A stretch of DNA of 63,948 nt, filler included, from Lama guanicoe (GCA_013239625.1; 80 parts of 78 records of this genome joined end to end with filler, not necessarily neighbours in it); one strand, 5' to 3'; positions 1 to 13,449 are shown, counted from the whole stretch's first letter. Numbers and translations are program-made. The notes: generated by a model not told the origin, from the letters alone.

Positions 1-282
1 ACAGAGGTCAGTGTTCCTCAGACCCAGGAGGTGCTCACAGCTGAGACGAACCACCAAGAGGAGGAATGACCAGAAGGAGTCCGTGTCCCTTCGGATTAAA
101 CCTTCTGCTCTCAGAGAATCATGTCAGTGAAGATAAGAACCCTGACTCTGGAAGCGACAATGACCCTCTGAACATTCATCACTCAGGCTCCTTGAGATGG
201 TTTTCTCCCNNNNNNNNNNNNNNNNNNNNNNNNNNNNNNNNNNNNNNNNNNNNNNNNNNNNNNNNNNNNNNNNNNNNNNNNN

Positions 283-458
283 AGTGAGATTCTACCTTGG
301 AAATCTGATCACCCTCAATATTTGATCCAATTCCCCTAACCTATGCTATTCAGGGAACATCTGACCACCCTGACCTCCTGTATCAAGAGTCCCCTGGAGA
401 CAGCCTGCTCAGAATCCCCCTGACCTTGTAGTCTCCTCACAGTCATTTTCCACCCAGT
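283..458 (+). mobile_element. ERV1-class LTR fragment (MER39/MER21-like)
   Basis: Motifs ATCTGATCACCCT...ATCTGACCACCCTG...AGAATCCCCCTGACC...TTTTCCACCCA resemble the recalled MER39/MER21 LTR consensus. Confidence 0.4.
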
Positions 459-558
459 NNNNNNNNNNNNNNNNNNNNNNNNNNNNNNNNNNNNNNNNNN
501 NNTTAATTAATTAANNNNNNNNNNNNNNNNNNNNNNNNNNNNNNNNNNNNNNNNNNNN
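459..558. other. Synthetic scaffold linker (44 N + TTAATTAATTAA + 44 N); first of ~80 identical linkers
   Basis: Same 100-bp structure recurs throughout the window (TTAATTAATTAA at 503, 1116, 2063 ... 63465); the 12-mer has stops in all six frames. Confidence 0.97.
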
Positions 559-1171
559 CGGTATTGATAGGGGAACTAAATAGCAACCAAGTTTATAGAA
601 AATAGTGGGTCATTTTCAACATTTTTGTAATGTTTACAGTTTAAGATGACCATTCCTGAGAAACAGGCAGCCTCTTAGAATGAAATAGCATTTTCCCTGA
701 ACCATATTCAATTTTTATTTTGTAGACAGCAGGAAGGGCAATCACACATCCAACACTTGGGGACCTCAAAGATAAAATGTAAATTTCTGAGAGCACACAC
801 CTTCTCCCCCTGCTCTTTTCACTGTCCCATTGTCCCTGAAGGCTCTTTCGTAACTCCTGCTCCTGACTCTAGTAGCTCTTCCTCCTCGCTCCTCAGCTGG
901 TAAGTTTACTTTTCTACTTTGACCAAGCAAACTGAAACCAACAGAAGGGAACTTTCACCAGCAACTCCCAGCACATCCTCCCGCCTTCTGATGTCTGTGA
1001 CCTCACTCTTGCTGCCCCACCACTTATTACAGGTGACATCGAAAGCCAGATCATCCAAAAGTCTCCATGGGNNNNNNNNNNNNNNNNNNNNNNNNNNNNN
1101 NNNNNNNNNNNNNNNTTAATTAATTAANNNNNNNNNNNNNNNNNNNNNNNNNNNNNNNNNNNNNNNNNNNN

Positions 1172-2018
1172 CTGAATCAATTAGAAAAAGAAGAACAAAA
1201 AGCCCCCAAAAGCAGCAGAATGAAGGAAATAATAAAGATAACAGACGAATTAAATACAATAGAGTTTAACAAGACCATAGAAAAAAATCAACCAAACCAA
1301 AAGCTGGTTTTTTGAAAAAGTAAATAAAATGGACAAACCTCTGGCCAAACTCACAAAAAAGAAAGAGAGAGAGCACAAATTAGCAAAATAAGAAAGGAAA
1401 ATGGAGAAATTACAACAAACAAAATAGAAATACAGAATAACATACGAGAATATTATGAAAAACTATATGGAAACAAACTGGATAACCTAGAGGAAATGGA
1501 CAAGTTTTGGAAACATACTGTCAACCAAAACTGAATCAAGAGGAAACTGAACACTTGAATAATCCGATCACTAGAAAGGAAATAGAAATGGCAATTAAAA
1601 TCCTCCCTACAAATAAAAGTCCAGGACCGGATGGCTTCACAGGGGAATTCTACCAAACATACAAGGAAAAACTCATACCAGTTCTTCTTAAATCTTCCAG
1701 ACGATTGAAAAGGAAGGAATACTCCCAAACTCATTCTATGAAGCCACCATCACCCTAATATCAAAACCAGGCAATGACACTACAAAAAAAGAGAATTTTA
1801 GGCCAATATCACTGATGAACATAGACGCCAAAATCCTCACCAAAATTTTAGCAAATGGAATCCAACAACACATAAAAAAGATTATACATCATGACCAATT
1901 GGTGTTCATCCCAGGGACACAAGGCTGGTTCAACATACGCAAATCAATCAATGTAATATATATAAAACCACATGATTATCTCAACTGATGCAGAAAAAGC
2001 ATTTGATAAAATTCAACA
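1172..2018 (+). mobile_element. LINE-1 ORF2 fragment (Z region to start of RT), degraded
   Basis: Translates to [31 protein letters not shown] and [10 protein letters not shown]; frameshifts and stops present. Confidence 0.95.
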
Positions 2019-2118
2019 NNNNNNNNNNNNNNNNNNNNNNNNNNNNNNNNNNNNNNNNNNNNTTAATTAATTAANNNNNNNNNNNNNNNNNNNNNNNNNN
2101 NNNNNNNNNNNNNNNNNN

Positions 2119-2962
2119 GAATGAAGAACACAGAGTATAGAATATAGAAAACGGAATACTGAATATAAAATTTAGAATATTGAATGTAGAACACACTATA
2201 TAAAATATAGAAAATGGAATGCAGAATATAGAATACAGAATATAGAATGTTGAACACAGAATATAGAAATAGGAGAACAGAATACAGAACAAAGAATTAA
2301 GAACATGGAATGCAGAGCACAGAATTTAGAATATAGAATACAGAATACTGAATATAAAATTTCGAATATAGAATGTAGATCACAGAATATGGAATGTAGA
2401 ATACGGAATGCAGANNNNNNNNNNNNNNNNNNNNNNNNNNNNNNNNNNNNNNNNNNNNNNNNNGGAAAACAGAATATAGAACCCAGAATATAGAACATGG
2501 AATGCACAACACAGAATTTAAATATATAATACAGAATACTTAATATCGAATTTAGAATATAGAATGCAGAACTCAGAATATAGAATATAGAATACGGAAT
2601 GTAGAATATAGAATAAAGAATATAGAATGTAGAACACAGAATTTAGAATATAGAATGTAGAATACTGAAATATATAACCCAGAATTTAGAAAATGGAATT
2701 CAGAACAGAGAATTTAGAATATAGAATACAGAATACGGAATATAAAATTTAGAATCTAGAATGTTGAACACATAGTATAGAATATAGAATACGGAATGCT
2801 GAATATACAATTTAGAATATACAATGTAGAACACAGATTATAGAATATAGAATACGTAATGCAGAATATAGAATCCATAATATAGAATGTAGAACACAAA
2901 AAAGAATATGGAGAACAGAATACAGAAACCAGAATTTAGAACATGCAATGCAGAACACAGAA
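2119..2962 (+). repeat. 7-bp GAATATA-type satellite
   Basis: Degenerate GAATATA/GAATACA/GAATTTA/GAACACA heptamers. Confidence 0.95.
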
Positions 2963-3062
2963 NNNNNNNNNNNNNNNNNNNNNNNNNNNNNNNNNNNNNN
3001 NNNNNNTTAATTAATTAANNNNNNNNNNNNNNNNNNNNNNNNNNNNNNNNNNNNNNNNNNNN

Positions 3063-3938
3063 TCTGTGCTCTAAATTCCATGTTCTAAATTCTGGGTTCT
3101 GTATTCTGAATCCTATTTCTATATACTGTGTTCTACATTCTGTATTCTACATTGTATATTCTAGATTCTGTATTCTAATTTCTAAATACTTTATTCTGAA
3201 TTCCATGTTCTAAGTTCTGGGTTCTGAATTCTGTATTCTATATTCTATATTCTGTGTTCTAAATTCTTCATACTATATTCTATATTCTGTATTCTATATT
3301 CTATATTCTGTATTCTATATTCTATATTCTGTATTCTATATTCTATATTCTGTATTCTATATTCTATATTCTGTATTCTATATTCTATATTCTGTATTCT
3401 ATATTCTATATTCTGTATTCTATATTCTATATTCTGTATTCTATATTCTATATTCTGTGTTCTAAATTCTTATTCTACATTCTATATTTTGTATACTGTA
3501 CTCTATATTCTAAACTCTTTTTCTGAATTCCATGTTCTAAATTCTGGGTTCTGTATTCTGCGTTCTTAATTCTAATTTCTGTGTTCTACATTGTATTTTC
3601 TACATTTTATACTCGGTTTTCCGTATTCTATATTGTATATTCTCTGTACTTCATTCTATATTCTACAATTTATATTCTGTATTTTGTATTCTATATTCTT
3701 AATTCTGTTCTGCGTTCCATGTTCTAAATTCTGGGTTCTGCATTCTGTATACTACATTCTATATTCTGTATTCTGTATTCTACATTCTATATTCTGTGTT
3801 CTACATTCTATATTCTAAACATTCTATACATTCTATATTTTGAGATCTATACTCTATATTCTAAATTCTATGTTGTGAATTGCATGTTTTAAATTCTGGG
3901 ATCTGTATTCTGCATTCTCTATTCTATATTCTGTGTTC
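3063..3938 (-). repeat. 7-bp GAATATA-type satellite, with a perfect 21-bp array at 3287-3454
   Basis: TATTCTA heptamers; 8 exact copies of CTGTATTCTATATTCTATATT. Confidence 0.95.
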
Positions 3939-4038
3939 NNNNNNNNNNNNNNNNNNNNNNNNNNNNNNNNNNNNNNNNNNNNTTAATTAATTAANNNNNN
4001 NNNNNNNNNNNNNNNNNNNNNNNNNNNNNNNNNNNNNN

Positions 4039-5221
4039 GGGAATGGTAGGGGGTTTTGCAGGATATCCCAGTGACATTCGCTGCCTCTCCAAGGTCAGGG
4101 AATGTATTTCCCGGACTTCCCCGTACAGAGAACTCCTGAGAATGAAGAGACCTGCGTGGAGTTGTCTCTCGAGCTCTCCCACGCAGTGACAATGGTTCCG
4201 GATTCCTGAGCGTGGGGAGGTTCCACCAACGGTCGGCAGCGCGTGGGTTCTAACGGAATGCCTAAGCTCGTCTCCCCTGAGGGTTTTCCTAATGTCTCTG
4301 TGCCAGGGAATGGTAGTGGTGTTTGCAGGATATCCCAGTGACATACGCTGCCTCCCCAATTTCAGGGAAGGTATTTCCCGGACTTCCCCGAACAGGGAAC
4401 TCCTGTGAATGAAGAGAGCTGCGTGGAGTTGTCTCTCGAGCTCCCCNNNNNNNNNNNNNNNNNNNNNNNNNNNNNNNNNNNNNNNNNNNNNNNNNNNNNN
4501 NNNNNNNNNNNNNNNNNNNNNNNNNNNNNNNNNNNNNNNNNNNNNNNNNNNNNNNNNNNNNNNNNNNNNNNNNNNNNNNNNNNNNNNNNNNNNNNNNNNN
4601 NNNNNNNNNNNNNNNNNNNNNNNNNNNNNNNNNNNNNNNNNNNNNNNNNNNNNNNNNNNNNNNNNNNNNNNNNNNNNNNNNNNNNNNNNNNNNNNNNNNN
4701 NNNNNNNNNNNNNNNNNNNNNNNNNNNNNNNNNNNNNNNNNNNNNNNNNNNNNNNNNNNNNNNNNNNNNNNNNNNNNNNNNNNNNNNNNNNNNNNNNNNN
4801 NNNNNNNNNNNNNNNNNNNNNNNNNNNNNNNNNNNNNNNNNNNNNNNNNNNNNNNNNNNNNNNNNNNNNNNNNNNNNNNNNNNNNNNNNNNNNNNNNNNN
4901 NNNNNNNNNNNNNNNNNNNNNNNNNNNNNNNNNNNNNNNNNNNNNNNNNNNNNNNNNNNNNNNNNNNNNNNNNNNNNNNNNNNNNNNNNNNNNNNNNNNN
5001 NNNNNNNNNNNNNNNNNNNNNNNNNNNNNNNNNNNNNNNNNNNNNNNNNNNNNNNNNNNNNNNNNNNNNNNNNNNNNNNNNNNNNNNNNNNNNNNNNNNN
5101 NNNNNNNNNNNNNNNNNNNNNNNNNNNNNNNNNNNNNNNNNNNNNNNNNNNNNNNNNNNNNNNNNTGTTTCCCGGACTTCCCCGACAGGGAACTCCTGTG
5201 AATGAAGAGAGCTGCGTGGAG
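4039..5221 (-). repeat. ~267-bp satellite (family A)
   Basis: GCGTGGAGTTGTCTCTCGAG at 4154 and 4421 (period 267); same monomer in other scaffolds. Confidence 0.93.
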
Positions 5222-5469
5222 NNNNNNNNNNNNNNNNNNNNNNNNNNNNNNNNNNNNNNNNNNNNTTAATTAATTAANNNNNNNNNNNNNNNNNNNNNNN
5301 NNNNNNNNNNNNNNNNNNNNNAATGACACCCCAGTTGGTGGCACCCACCCCCTCTTCCCCGCTACACACAAACACACACACACGCAGAGCCATGGCAGTC
5401 TTCCCAAATCACAAATTTGATTACATGACCCCACTTCAAACCCTTCAGAGGCTCCCTGGTGGAGTTCTA

Positions 5470-5768
5470 GCCCCACCACTGACCCTGCTCTCCCAGCCTC
5501 ACATCAGTACCCAGGCCCCCAGTGAACTCAGGGGCCCCCTGACCTGCTCCTACTATGCCTCCAAGATTATTTTGACTGTTTTCCAAGGAAGACTTCCTTC
5601 CCTCCAAACTCCACAATTTGTTCCCCTGTTCCTAGAACATTCTAGGCTAAGTCAACTTCTGACAATGCTAAGCTCTCAGGAAGCAAATATATTTTGCTTA
5701 CTAATGTGGCTACAAACTCCCTCCCCTAGACTCACAGTAGTGCGCATGTTATGAATAAATGAATGATG
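5470..5768 (+). mobile_element. Probable ancient L2 3' fragment
   Basis: Pyrimidine-rich body ending in ATGAATAAATGAATGA, typical of an L2 tail. Confidence 0.3.
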
Positions 5769-5947
5769 GGGTGGGTCTCAAAGGGACAGACATAACTGCT
5801 CTCACCCGTCCCGACCCTTCTGTCTGTAGAATATCAGAAGCAAAACCNNNNNNNNNNNNNNNNNNNNNNNNNNNNNNNNNNNNNNNNNNNNTTAATTAAT
5901 TAANNNNNNNNNNNNNNNNNNNNNNNNNNNNNNNNNNNNNNNNNNNN

Positions 5948-6418
5948 CAGTCATACAGGAACATACATATATTCATTTTCACATTCTTTTCAACCATAAG
6001 TTACTATATGATATTGAATATAGTTCCCTGATCTATATACTAAAAACTTGTTGTTTATTGCATGTATGTATATAATAGTTAGTATCTACAAATCTTGAAT
6101 TCCCAATTTATCTCTTCCAAACCCCCTGCCTCCTAGGTAACCATAAGTTTGTTTTCTATGTCTGTGAGTCTGTTTCTGTTTTATAAATGTTTGTCTTTTT
6201 TTTTATATATATAAGTGATATCATATGGTATTTTTCTTTCTCTTTCTGGCTTACTTCACTTACAATGACATTCTGCAGTTCCATCCTTGTTGCTGCAAAT
6301 GGCATTTTTTATGGCTAAGTAGTATTCTACTGTAAAAATATACCACAACTTCTTTACCCAGTCATCATACCATGGATATTTAGGTTGTTTCCATGTCTTG
6401 GCTACTGTAAATAGTGCT
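5948..6418 (-). mobile_element. LINE-1 3' end (ORF2 C-terminus and 3'UTR)
   Basis: Reverse complement of the L1 IAKTWKQPKCP/MEYY region plus artiodactyl-type 3'UTR. Confidence 0.9.
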
Positions 6419-6518
6419 NNNNNNNNNNNNNNNNNNNNNNNNNNNNNNNNNNNNNNNNNNNNTTAATTAATTAANNNNNNNNNNNNNNNNNNNNNNNNNN
6501 NNNNNNNNNNNNNNNNNN

Positions 6519-7497
6519 GAATACGGAATGCAGAATATAGAATACAGAATATCGAATGTAGAACACAGAATATTGAATATAGAATAGGGAATGCAGAATA
6601 TAATATGTAGAATATAGAATGAAGAACAAAAATATAGAATATAGAATAGTGAATGTAGAAACCAGAACTAAGAACACGAAATGCAGAACACAGAATTTAG
6701 AATATAGAATACAGAATACTTAATATAAATTTTAGAATATAGAATGTAGAACACAGAATATAGAATATAGAATAAAATGTAGAATTTAGAATATATATTG
6801 TATAACACAGAATATAGTATATAGACTATGGAATGGAGAATATAGAAGGTAGAATAAAGAATGAAGAACACTAAATGTACAGTATGAAATACAGAATATA
6901 GAACCCAAAATTTAGAAATGGAATGCAGAATATAGAATTTAGAATATAGAATACAGAATACTGAATAAATATTTTAGAACATAGAATGTAGAAGACAGAA
7001 TATAGATTATAGAGTACGGAATGCAGAATATAAAATATAGAATAAAGAATGATTAATACAAAATGTAGAATTTAGAATAGAGAATATAGAATCTAGAATT
7101 TAGAACATGGAATGTAGAACACCGACTTTAGAATATAGAATACCGAAAACTGAATATAGAATATGAATGTACAATGTAGAGCACAGAATATAGAATATAC
7201 AATACGGAATGCAGAATATAGAATACAGAATATAGAATGTAGAGCACAGAATGTAGAATATGGAAAATAGAATACAAAACCAGAATAGAGAACATGGAAA
7301 TCAGAACACAGAATTTAGAATATAGAATAGAGTATACAGAATATATAATTTGGAATATAGAATATAGAACACAGAATTTAGTATATAGAATAAAGAATAC
7401 TGAATATAGAATTTAGAATGTAGAATGTAGAACGCAGAATTTAGAATATAGAATATAGAATATTGAACACAGAATATAGAAATAAAAAAACAGAATA
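6519..7497 (+). repeat. 7-bp GAATATA-type satellite
   Basis: Heptamer array. Confidence 0.95.
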
Positions 7498-7597
7498 NNN
7501 NNNNNNNNNNNNNNNNNNNNNNNNNNNNNNNNNNNNNNNNNTTAATTAATTAANNNNNNNNNNNNNNNNNNNNNNNNNNNNNNNNNNNNNNNNNNNN

Positions 7598-8155
7598 TTT
7601 TTTTATTGTGGTAAGATATACATAACATAATTTACCATTTTAACCATTTTTAAGTGTACAATTCAGCAGCATTAAGTACATTCACCACCATCCATTTCCA
7701 GCACTTTCTCATCTTCCCAAACTGAAACTGTCCCCATCAAACAATAACTCACCATCCCTCTGGCTCCTGGTAACCACCATCCTGCTTTCATTCTCTATGA
7801 ATCTGACTATTCTCTATGCCTCACTGAGGTGGCATCATATAGTATTTGTCCTTTTCTGTCTGGTTTACTTTCGTAGCATAAAATCCTCAAGGTTCACCCA
7901 TGTTGTAGCATGTGACAGGATCTCCTTTTTTTTAAGCCTCAATAATATTCCATTGTATGTATGGACCACATTTTCCTTATCCAGTCACCCACTGATGGAC
8001 ATTCAGGTCATTTCCACCTTTTGGCTAACCTGAATAATGCTGCTGAGAACATGTTGTACAGGTAGCTGGTCAAGTCCTTACTCTCAATTCTTTTGGGTAT
8101 ATACCCAGAAGCAGAATTGCTGGGTCACATGGTAACTCTACATTTAATTTTTTTC
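7598..8155 (-). mobile_element. Older L1M (L1MA/MB-like) 3' end
   Basis: Starts with poly-T then ATTGTGGTAAGATATACATAACAT...TAAGTGTACAATTCAG, the typical antisense L1MA/MB 3' terminus. Confidence 0.8.
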
Positions 8156-8457
8156 AATTTTTTGGCTAGAAAGGCCATCATTGGGAAAACTGGTGAAATA
8201 TAAGATCTATAAACTATAGTGCTGTACAATGTTTATTTCCTGTGCTGTGATTATGTAAAACAATGTCTGTGTTCTTTGGAAACACACACTGAAGTATTTA
8301 GGGATAAAGAGCAATCTCTCTCTATATATAGAATCTACTGATTGGCTGATCTATTTANNNNNNNNNNNNNNNNNNNNNNNNNNNNNNNNNNNNNNNNNNN
8401 NTTAATTAATTAANNNNNNNNNNNNNNNNNNNNNNNNNNNNNNNNNNNNNNNNNNNN

Positions 8458-9258
8458 CACAGAATTTAGAATATACAATACACAATACTGAATATAGAAT
8501 TTAGAAAATAGAAGTTAGAACACAGAATATATAATATAGAATACGGAATGCAGAATATAGAATACAGAATATAGAATGTAGAACACAGAATATAAAATAT
8601 GGAAANNNNNNNNNNNNNNNNNNNNNNNNNNNNNNNNNNNNNNNNNNNNNNNNNNNNNNNNNNNNNNNNNNNNNNNNNNNNNNNNNNNNNNNNNNNNNNN
8701 NNNNNNNNNNNNNNNNNNNNNNNNNNNNNNNNNNNNNNNNNNNNNNNNNNNNNNNNNNNNNNNNNNNNNNNNNNNNNNNNNNNNNNNNNNNNNNNNNNNN
8801 NNNNNNNNNNNNNNNNNNNNNNNNNNNNNNNNNNNNNNNNNNNNNNNNNNNNNNNNNNNNNNNNNNNNNNNNNNNNNNNNNNNNNNNNNNNNNNNNNNNN
8901 NNNNNNNNNNNNNNNNNNNNNNNNNNNNNNNNNNNNNNNNNNNNNNNNNNNNNNNNNNNNNNNNNNNNNNNNNNNNNNNNNNNNNNNNNNTAGAACACAG
9001 AATATAGAATATAGTATATGGAATGCAAAATATAGTATGTAGAATCTAGAATGAAAAACACACAATGTAGCATATTGAATAGAGAATGTAGAACCCAGAA
9101 TTTAGATCATGGAATGCTTAACACAGAATTTAGAATATATAATACAGTATACTGAACATAGAATTTAGAACATAGAATGCAGAACACAGAAATTAGAATA
9201 TGGAATACTGAATGCAGAAATTAGAATGTAGAATCTAGATTGAAGAACACAGAATATA
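8458..9258 (+). repeat. 7-bp GAATATA-type satellite (internal gap)
   Basis: Heptamer array. Confidence 0.95.
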
Positions 9259-9387
9259 NNNNNNNNNNNNNNNNNNNNNNNNNNNNNNNNNNNNNNNNNN
9301 NNTTAATTAATTAANNNNNNNNNNNNNNNNNNNNNNNNNNNNNNNNNNNNNNNNNNNNTTGCAATATTTATTTTAAAGTGCAGACAA

Positions 9388-9520
9388 GGAGGGTGGGTAT
9401 TACTTAGATGTAGACCATCTGCTTAGCATGCACAATGTCCTGGCTTCAGTCCCCAGTACCTCCAAAAAAATAAATAAAAATAAGTGCATATTGAAAAACA
9501 AGAATAAAGTTATAAAAAAA
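9388..9520 (+). mobile_element. tRNA-Ala-derived SINE (camelid Vic-1 type)
   Basis: GGGTAT..CT..GTAGA..TGCTTAGCATGCAC..GTCCTGG.TTCA.TCCCCAGTACCTCC with A-rich tail; possible TSD AAAGTGCAGAC (9375) / AAAATGCAGAC (9518). Confidence 0.8.
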
Positions 9521-9866
9521 ATGCAGACTAAAAACCACTGCAATAAATTATACAAAAAAAGTGTTTCTATCAAATATTGACTATATGCCAATCACAGAGA
9601 CAACCACAAATCACACCTGACAACCATCACGTGTGATTCTCAGCAACCCTACTAAGTAGACACGGATGAGAAACCTGGCGCTGCGGATGAGGAGACGGAG
9701 CTCGGAGGAGCCGGGGTCGCTGACCGTCCTGCTCCCCGTGACAACGCGTCAGCCCAGGGCAAGCGCNNNNNNNNNNNNNNNNNNNNNNNNNNNNNNNNNN
9801 NNNNNNNNNNTTAATTAATTAANNNNNNNNNNNNNNNNNNNNNNNNNNNNNNNNNNNNNNNNNNNN

Positions 9867-10595
9867 CTGCCGACCGTTGGTGGGACCTCCCCACGCTCAG
9901 GATACCGGAACCATTTTCAATGCGTGGGGAGCTCAAGAGACAACTCCTCGCAGCTCTCTTCAGTCACAGGTGTTCCCTGTTAGGGGGAATTTTGAGAAAT
10001 ACCTTCCCTGACTTTGGGGAGGCAGCCTCTGTCACTGGGATTTCCTGCAAACCCCCCTAGCATTCCCNNNNNNNNNNNNNNNNNNNNNNNNNNNNNNNNN
10101 NNNNNNNNNNNNNNNNNNNNNNNNNNNNNNNNNNNNNNNNNNNNNNNNNNNNNNNNNNNNNNNNNNNNNNNNNNNNNNNNNNNNNNNNNNNNNNNNNNNN
10201 NNNNNNNNNNNNNNNNNNNNNNNNNNNNNNNNNNNNNNNNNNNNNNNNNNNNNNNNNNNNNNNNNNNNNNNNNNNNNNNNNNNNNNNNNNNNNNNNNNNN
10301 NNNNNNNNNNNNNNNNNNNNNNNNNNNNNNNNNNNNNNNNNNNNNNNNNNNNNNNNNNNNNNNNNNNNNNNNNNNNNNNNNNNNNNNNNNNNNNNNNNNN
10401 NNNNNNNNNNNNNNNNNNNNNNNNNNNNNNNNNNNNNNNNNNNNNNNNNNNNNNNNNNNNNNNNNNNNNNNNNNNNNNNNNNNNNNNNNAGGTGTTCCCG
10501 GGGGAATCCTGAGAAATACTTTCCCTGAATTTGAGGATTCAGCCTGTGTCACTGGGATTGACTGCAAACGCCCCTAGCATTCCCTGGCACAGAGA
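9867..10595 (+). repeat. ~267-bp satellite (family A)
   Basis: CTGCCGACCGTTGGTGG..CTCCCCACGCTCAGG monomer motif. Confidence 0.92.
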
Positions 10596-10695
10596 NNNNN
10601 NNNNNNNNNNNNNNNNNNNNNNNNNNNNNNNNNNNNNNNTTAATTAATTAANNNNNNNNNNNNNNNNNNNNNNNNNNNNNNNNNNNNNNNNNNNN

Positions 10696-11389
10696 AAACC
10701 AGAGTCATTTTTTCCCCTGCAACTCTTTCCTTTGTGCTGAATGAACGATCGTCTCCCCCATGGTCAGTTCTGAGATATATGTGTGTGTGAAACCCGTCCT
10801 TCACCTAGCTTGAAGTGAACACAAAGTTTCTTTTCATTTGCAAACTCCACTCCATAGATATATATGGGGAGGTACAAGCTCCAACCGCTTTTGCAGTGAA
10901 ACCGCAGGCACTTAAAACCGGCACTAGGAACAGACTGAGACACCAGAGTATTTGTTTCACCTGCAAACCGTTCTCTTTGTGCTGGATGAACGAACGTCTC
11001 TCCACATGCTCAGTTCTGAGAGATAAGTGTGTGTGAAAGCCGACCTTCACCTAGCATGAAGGGAACACAAAGTTCCTTTCAGTTGCTAACCCCACTCCAT
11101 ACATATATATGGGGAGGTACAACCCCCAAATCGGTTTTACAGTGAAAACGGCAGACACTTCGAAACCGGCACTAATGAGAAACAGAAGAAAGGTTTCTCC
11201 TGCAACCCCTTCCCTTTTGTTCTGGATGAACGAACGTCTCTCCACATGCTCAGTTCTGAGAGATAAGGGTGTGGGAAAGCGTCCTTCACCTAGTTTGAAG
11301 GGAACACAAAGTTTCTTTTCAGTAGCATACTCCACTCCGCACATATATATGCGGAGGTAAAAGCTCCAACTCAGTTTTACAATGAAAAA
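10696..11389 (+). repeat. ~249-bp satellite (family B)
   Basis: GATGAACGAACGTCTCTCCACATGCTCAGTTCTGAGAGAT repeated; one monomer shortened to 240 bp. Confidence 0.93.
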
Positions 11390-11489
11390 NNNNNNNNNNN
11401 NNNNNNNNNNNNNNNNNNNNNNNNNNNNNNNNNTTAATTAATTAANNNNNNNNNNNNNNNNNNNNNNNNNNNNNNNNNNNNNNNNNNNN

Positions 11490-12141
11490 AAGAGAGCTGC
11501 GTGGAGTTGTCTCTCGTCTCCCCCATGCACTGATTATGCTTCCGGATTCCTGAGCATGGGAAGGTTCCACCAACGGTCGGCAGTGCATGGGTTCTAACGG
11601 ATTGCATAAGCTCGTCTCCCCTGAGGGTTTTCCTAATGTCTGTCTGCAAGTTAATTGTAGGGATCTGCGCTGCAATTCCCAGGGTCAGCGGATACCACCC
11701 CAAGGTTAAGGAATGTATTTCTCTGACTTCCCCCGTATACGGAACACCTGTGNNNNNNNNNNNNNNNNNNNNNNNNNNNNNNNNNNNNNNNNNNNNNNNN
11801 NNNNNNNNNNNNNNNNNNNNNNNNNNNNNNNGGGGGTTACAACGGTCGGCAGCGCCTGAGTTCTAACGGATTTACTAAGCTCGTCTCCCCTGAGGGTTTT
11901 GCTAAGTTCTGGCTGCCAGTGAATTCTAGGGATCTGCGCTGGAATGCCCAGGTCCAGTAGCTGCCAGCTCAAGGTTTGAGAAGATATTTCTCGGAATTCC
12001 CCCGAACAGGGAACACGTGTGACTGAAGAGAGCTGCGTGGAGATGTCTCTCGACCTCCCCCACGCACAGACAATATTTCCTGAATCCTGAGAGAGGGGAT
12101 GTTCCACCAACGGTCGGCAACGCAAGGGTTGTAATGGAATG
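11490..12141 (-). repeat. ~267-bp satellite (family A variant with alternating monomer types)
   Basis: Monomers match 30623-31092 in the same order. Confidence 0.92.
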
Positions 12142-12500
12142 NNNNNNNNNNNNNNNNNNNNNNNNNNNNNNNNNNNNNNNNNNNNTTAATTAATTAANNN
12201 NNNNNNNNNNNNNNNNNNNNNNNNNNNNNNNNNNNNNNNNNAGGGGTCAGACCCTGCACTGGTTTCCAGTCCCTGATTTGCCTTCTCCTGATTCCAGGGG
12301 TTCTGAGGCCTCATCCTGTCTTTGGAAGTAACAGACCTCTGTTCGGCAAGTGTCCTGTGCCAAGGGCTGTGTGAGTGGATGTTTCCATTGCTTTGTACAT
12401 GGGAGCGTGTGAGCGCACGTTGCACTGCTTCTCTGACAACTGGGCATCGATGAATCAACACTTTCCAGATACATTTCACAGAAATGTGATTTTTGTTTAG

Positions 12501-13449
12501 CTCTTTGTTTCTATACAGCCGTGGTGGGAGGGATTGTCCGAACACTACAGTTTTGACATTGTGTTGATATCTCATTTGCAGTCTTTAAAAAGTTTAATAG
12601 AATTGATTTACATGTTTTGGNNNNNNNNNNNNNNNNNNNNNNNNNNNNNNNNNNNNNNNNNNNNNNNNNNNNNNNNNNNNNNNNNNNNNNNNNNNNNNNN
12701 NNNNNNNNNNNNNNNNNNNNNNNNNNNNNNNNNNNNNNNNNNNNNNNNNNNNNNNNNNNNNNNNNNNNNNNNNNNNNNNNNNNNNNNNNNNNNNNNNNNN
12801 NNNNNNNNNNNNNNNNNNNNNNNNNNNNNNNNNNNNNNNNNNNNNNNNNNNNNNNNNNNNNNNNNNNNNNNNNNNNNNNNNNNNNNNNNNNNNNNNNNNN
12901 NNNNNNNNNNNNNNNNNNNNNNNNNNNNNNNNNNNNNNNNNNNNNNNNNNNNNNNNNNNNNNNNNNNNNNNNNNNNNNNNNNNNNNNNNNNNNNNNNNNN
13001 NNNNNNNNNNNNNNNNNNNNNNNNNNNNNNNNNNNNNNNNNNNNNNNNNNNNNNNNNNNNNNNNNNNNNNNNNNNNNNNNNNNNNNNNNNNNNNNNNNNN
13101 NNNNNNNNNNNNNNNNNNNNNNNNNNNNNNNNNNNNNNNNNNNNNNNNNNNNNNNNNNNNNNNNNNNNNNNNNNNNNNNNNNNNNNNNNNNNNNNNNNNN
13201 NNNNNNNNNNNNNNNNNNNNNNNNNNNNNNNNNNNNTTTTAATATTTACCTATAATGTCTTGAAAATTGGAGGCCTAATACATATTCAAGTTCAGTCAAA
13301 GATTCCCCTCACTTACCACACTCCATTCACCCCAGAGAAGGCATAATCCCAGCATTTGCTGAATCTAGCAGAAGGCTATCGTTTCTTTGTGTGAGCAAAG
13401 TATTCAATTCCTATCTATTGCAGTCGAGACTATTTGACCTTTAAGGTGT
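12501..13449 (+). repeat. Unidentified duplicated sequence, paralog of 21471-22416
   Basis: Both flanks of the internal gap align colinearly with the reverse complement of 21471-22416. Confidence 0.85.
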
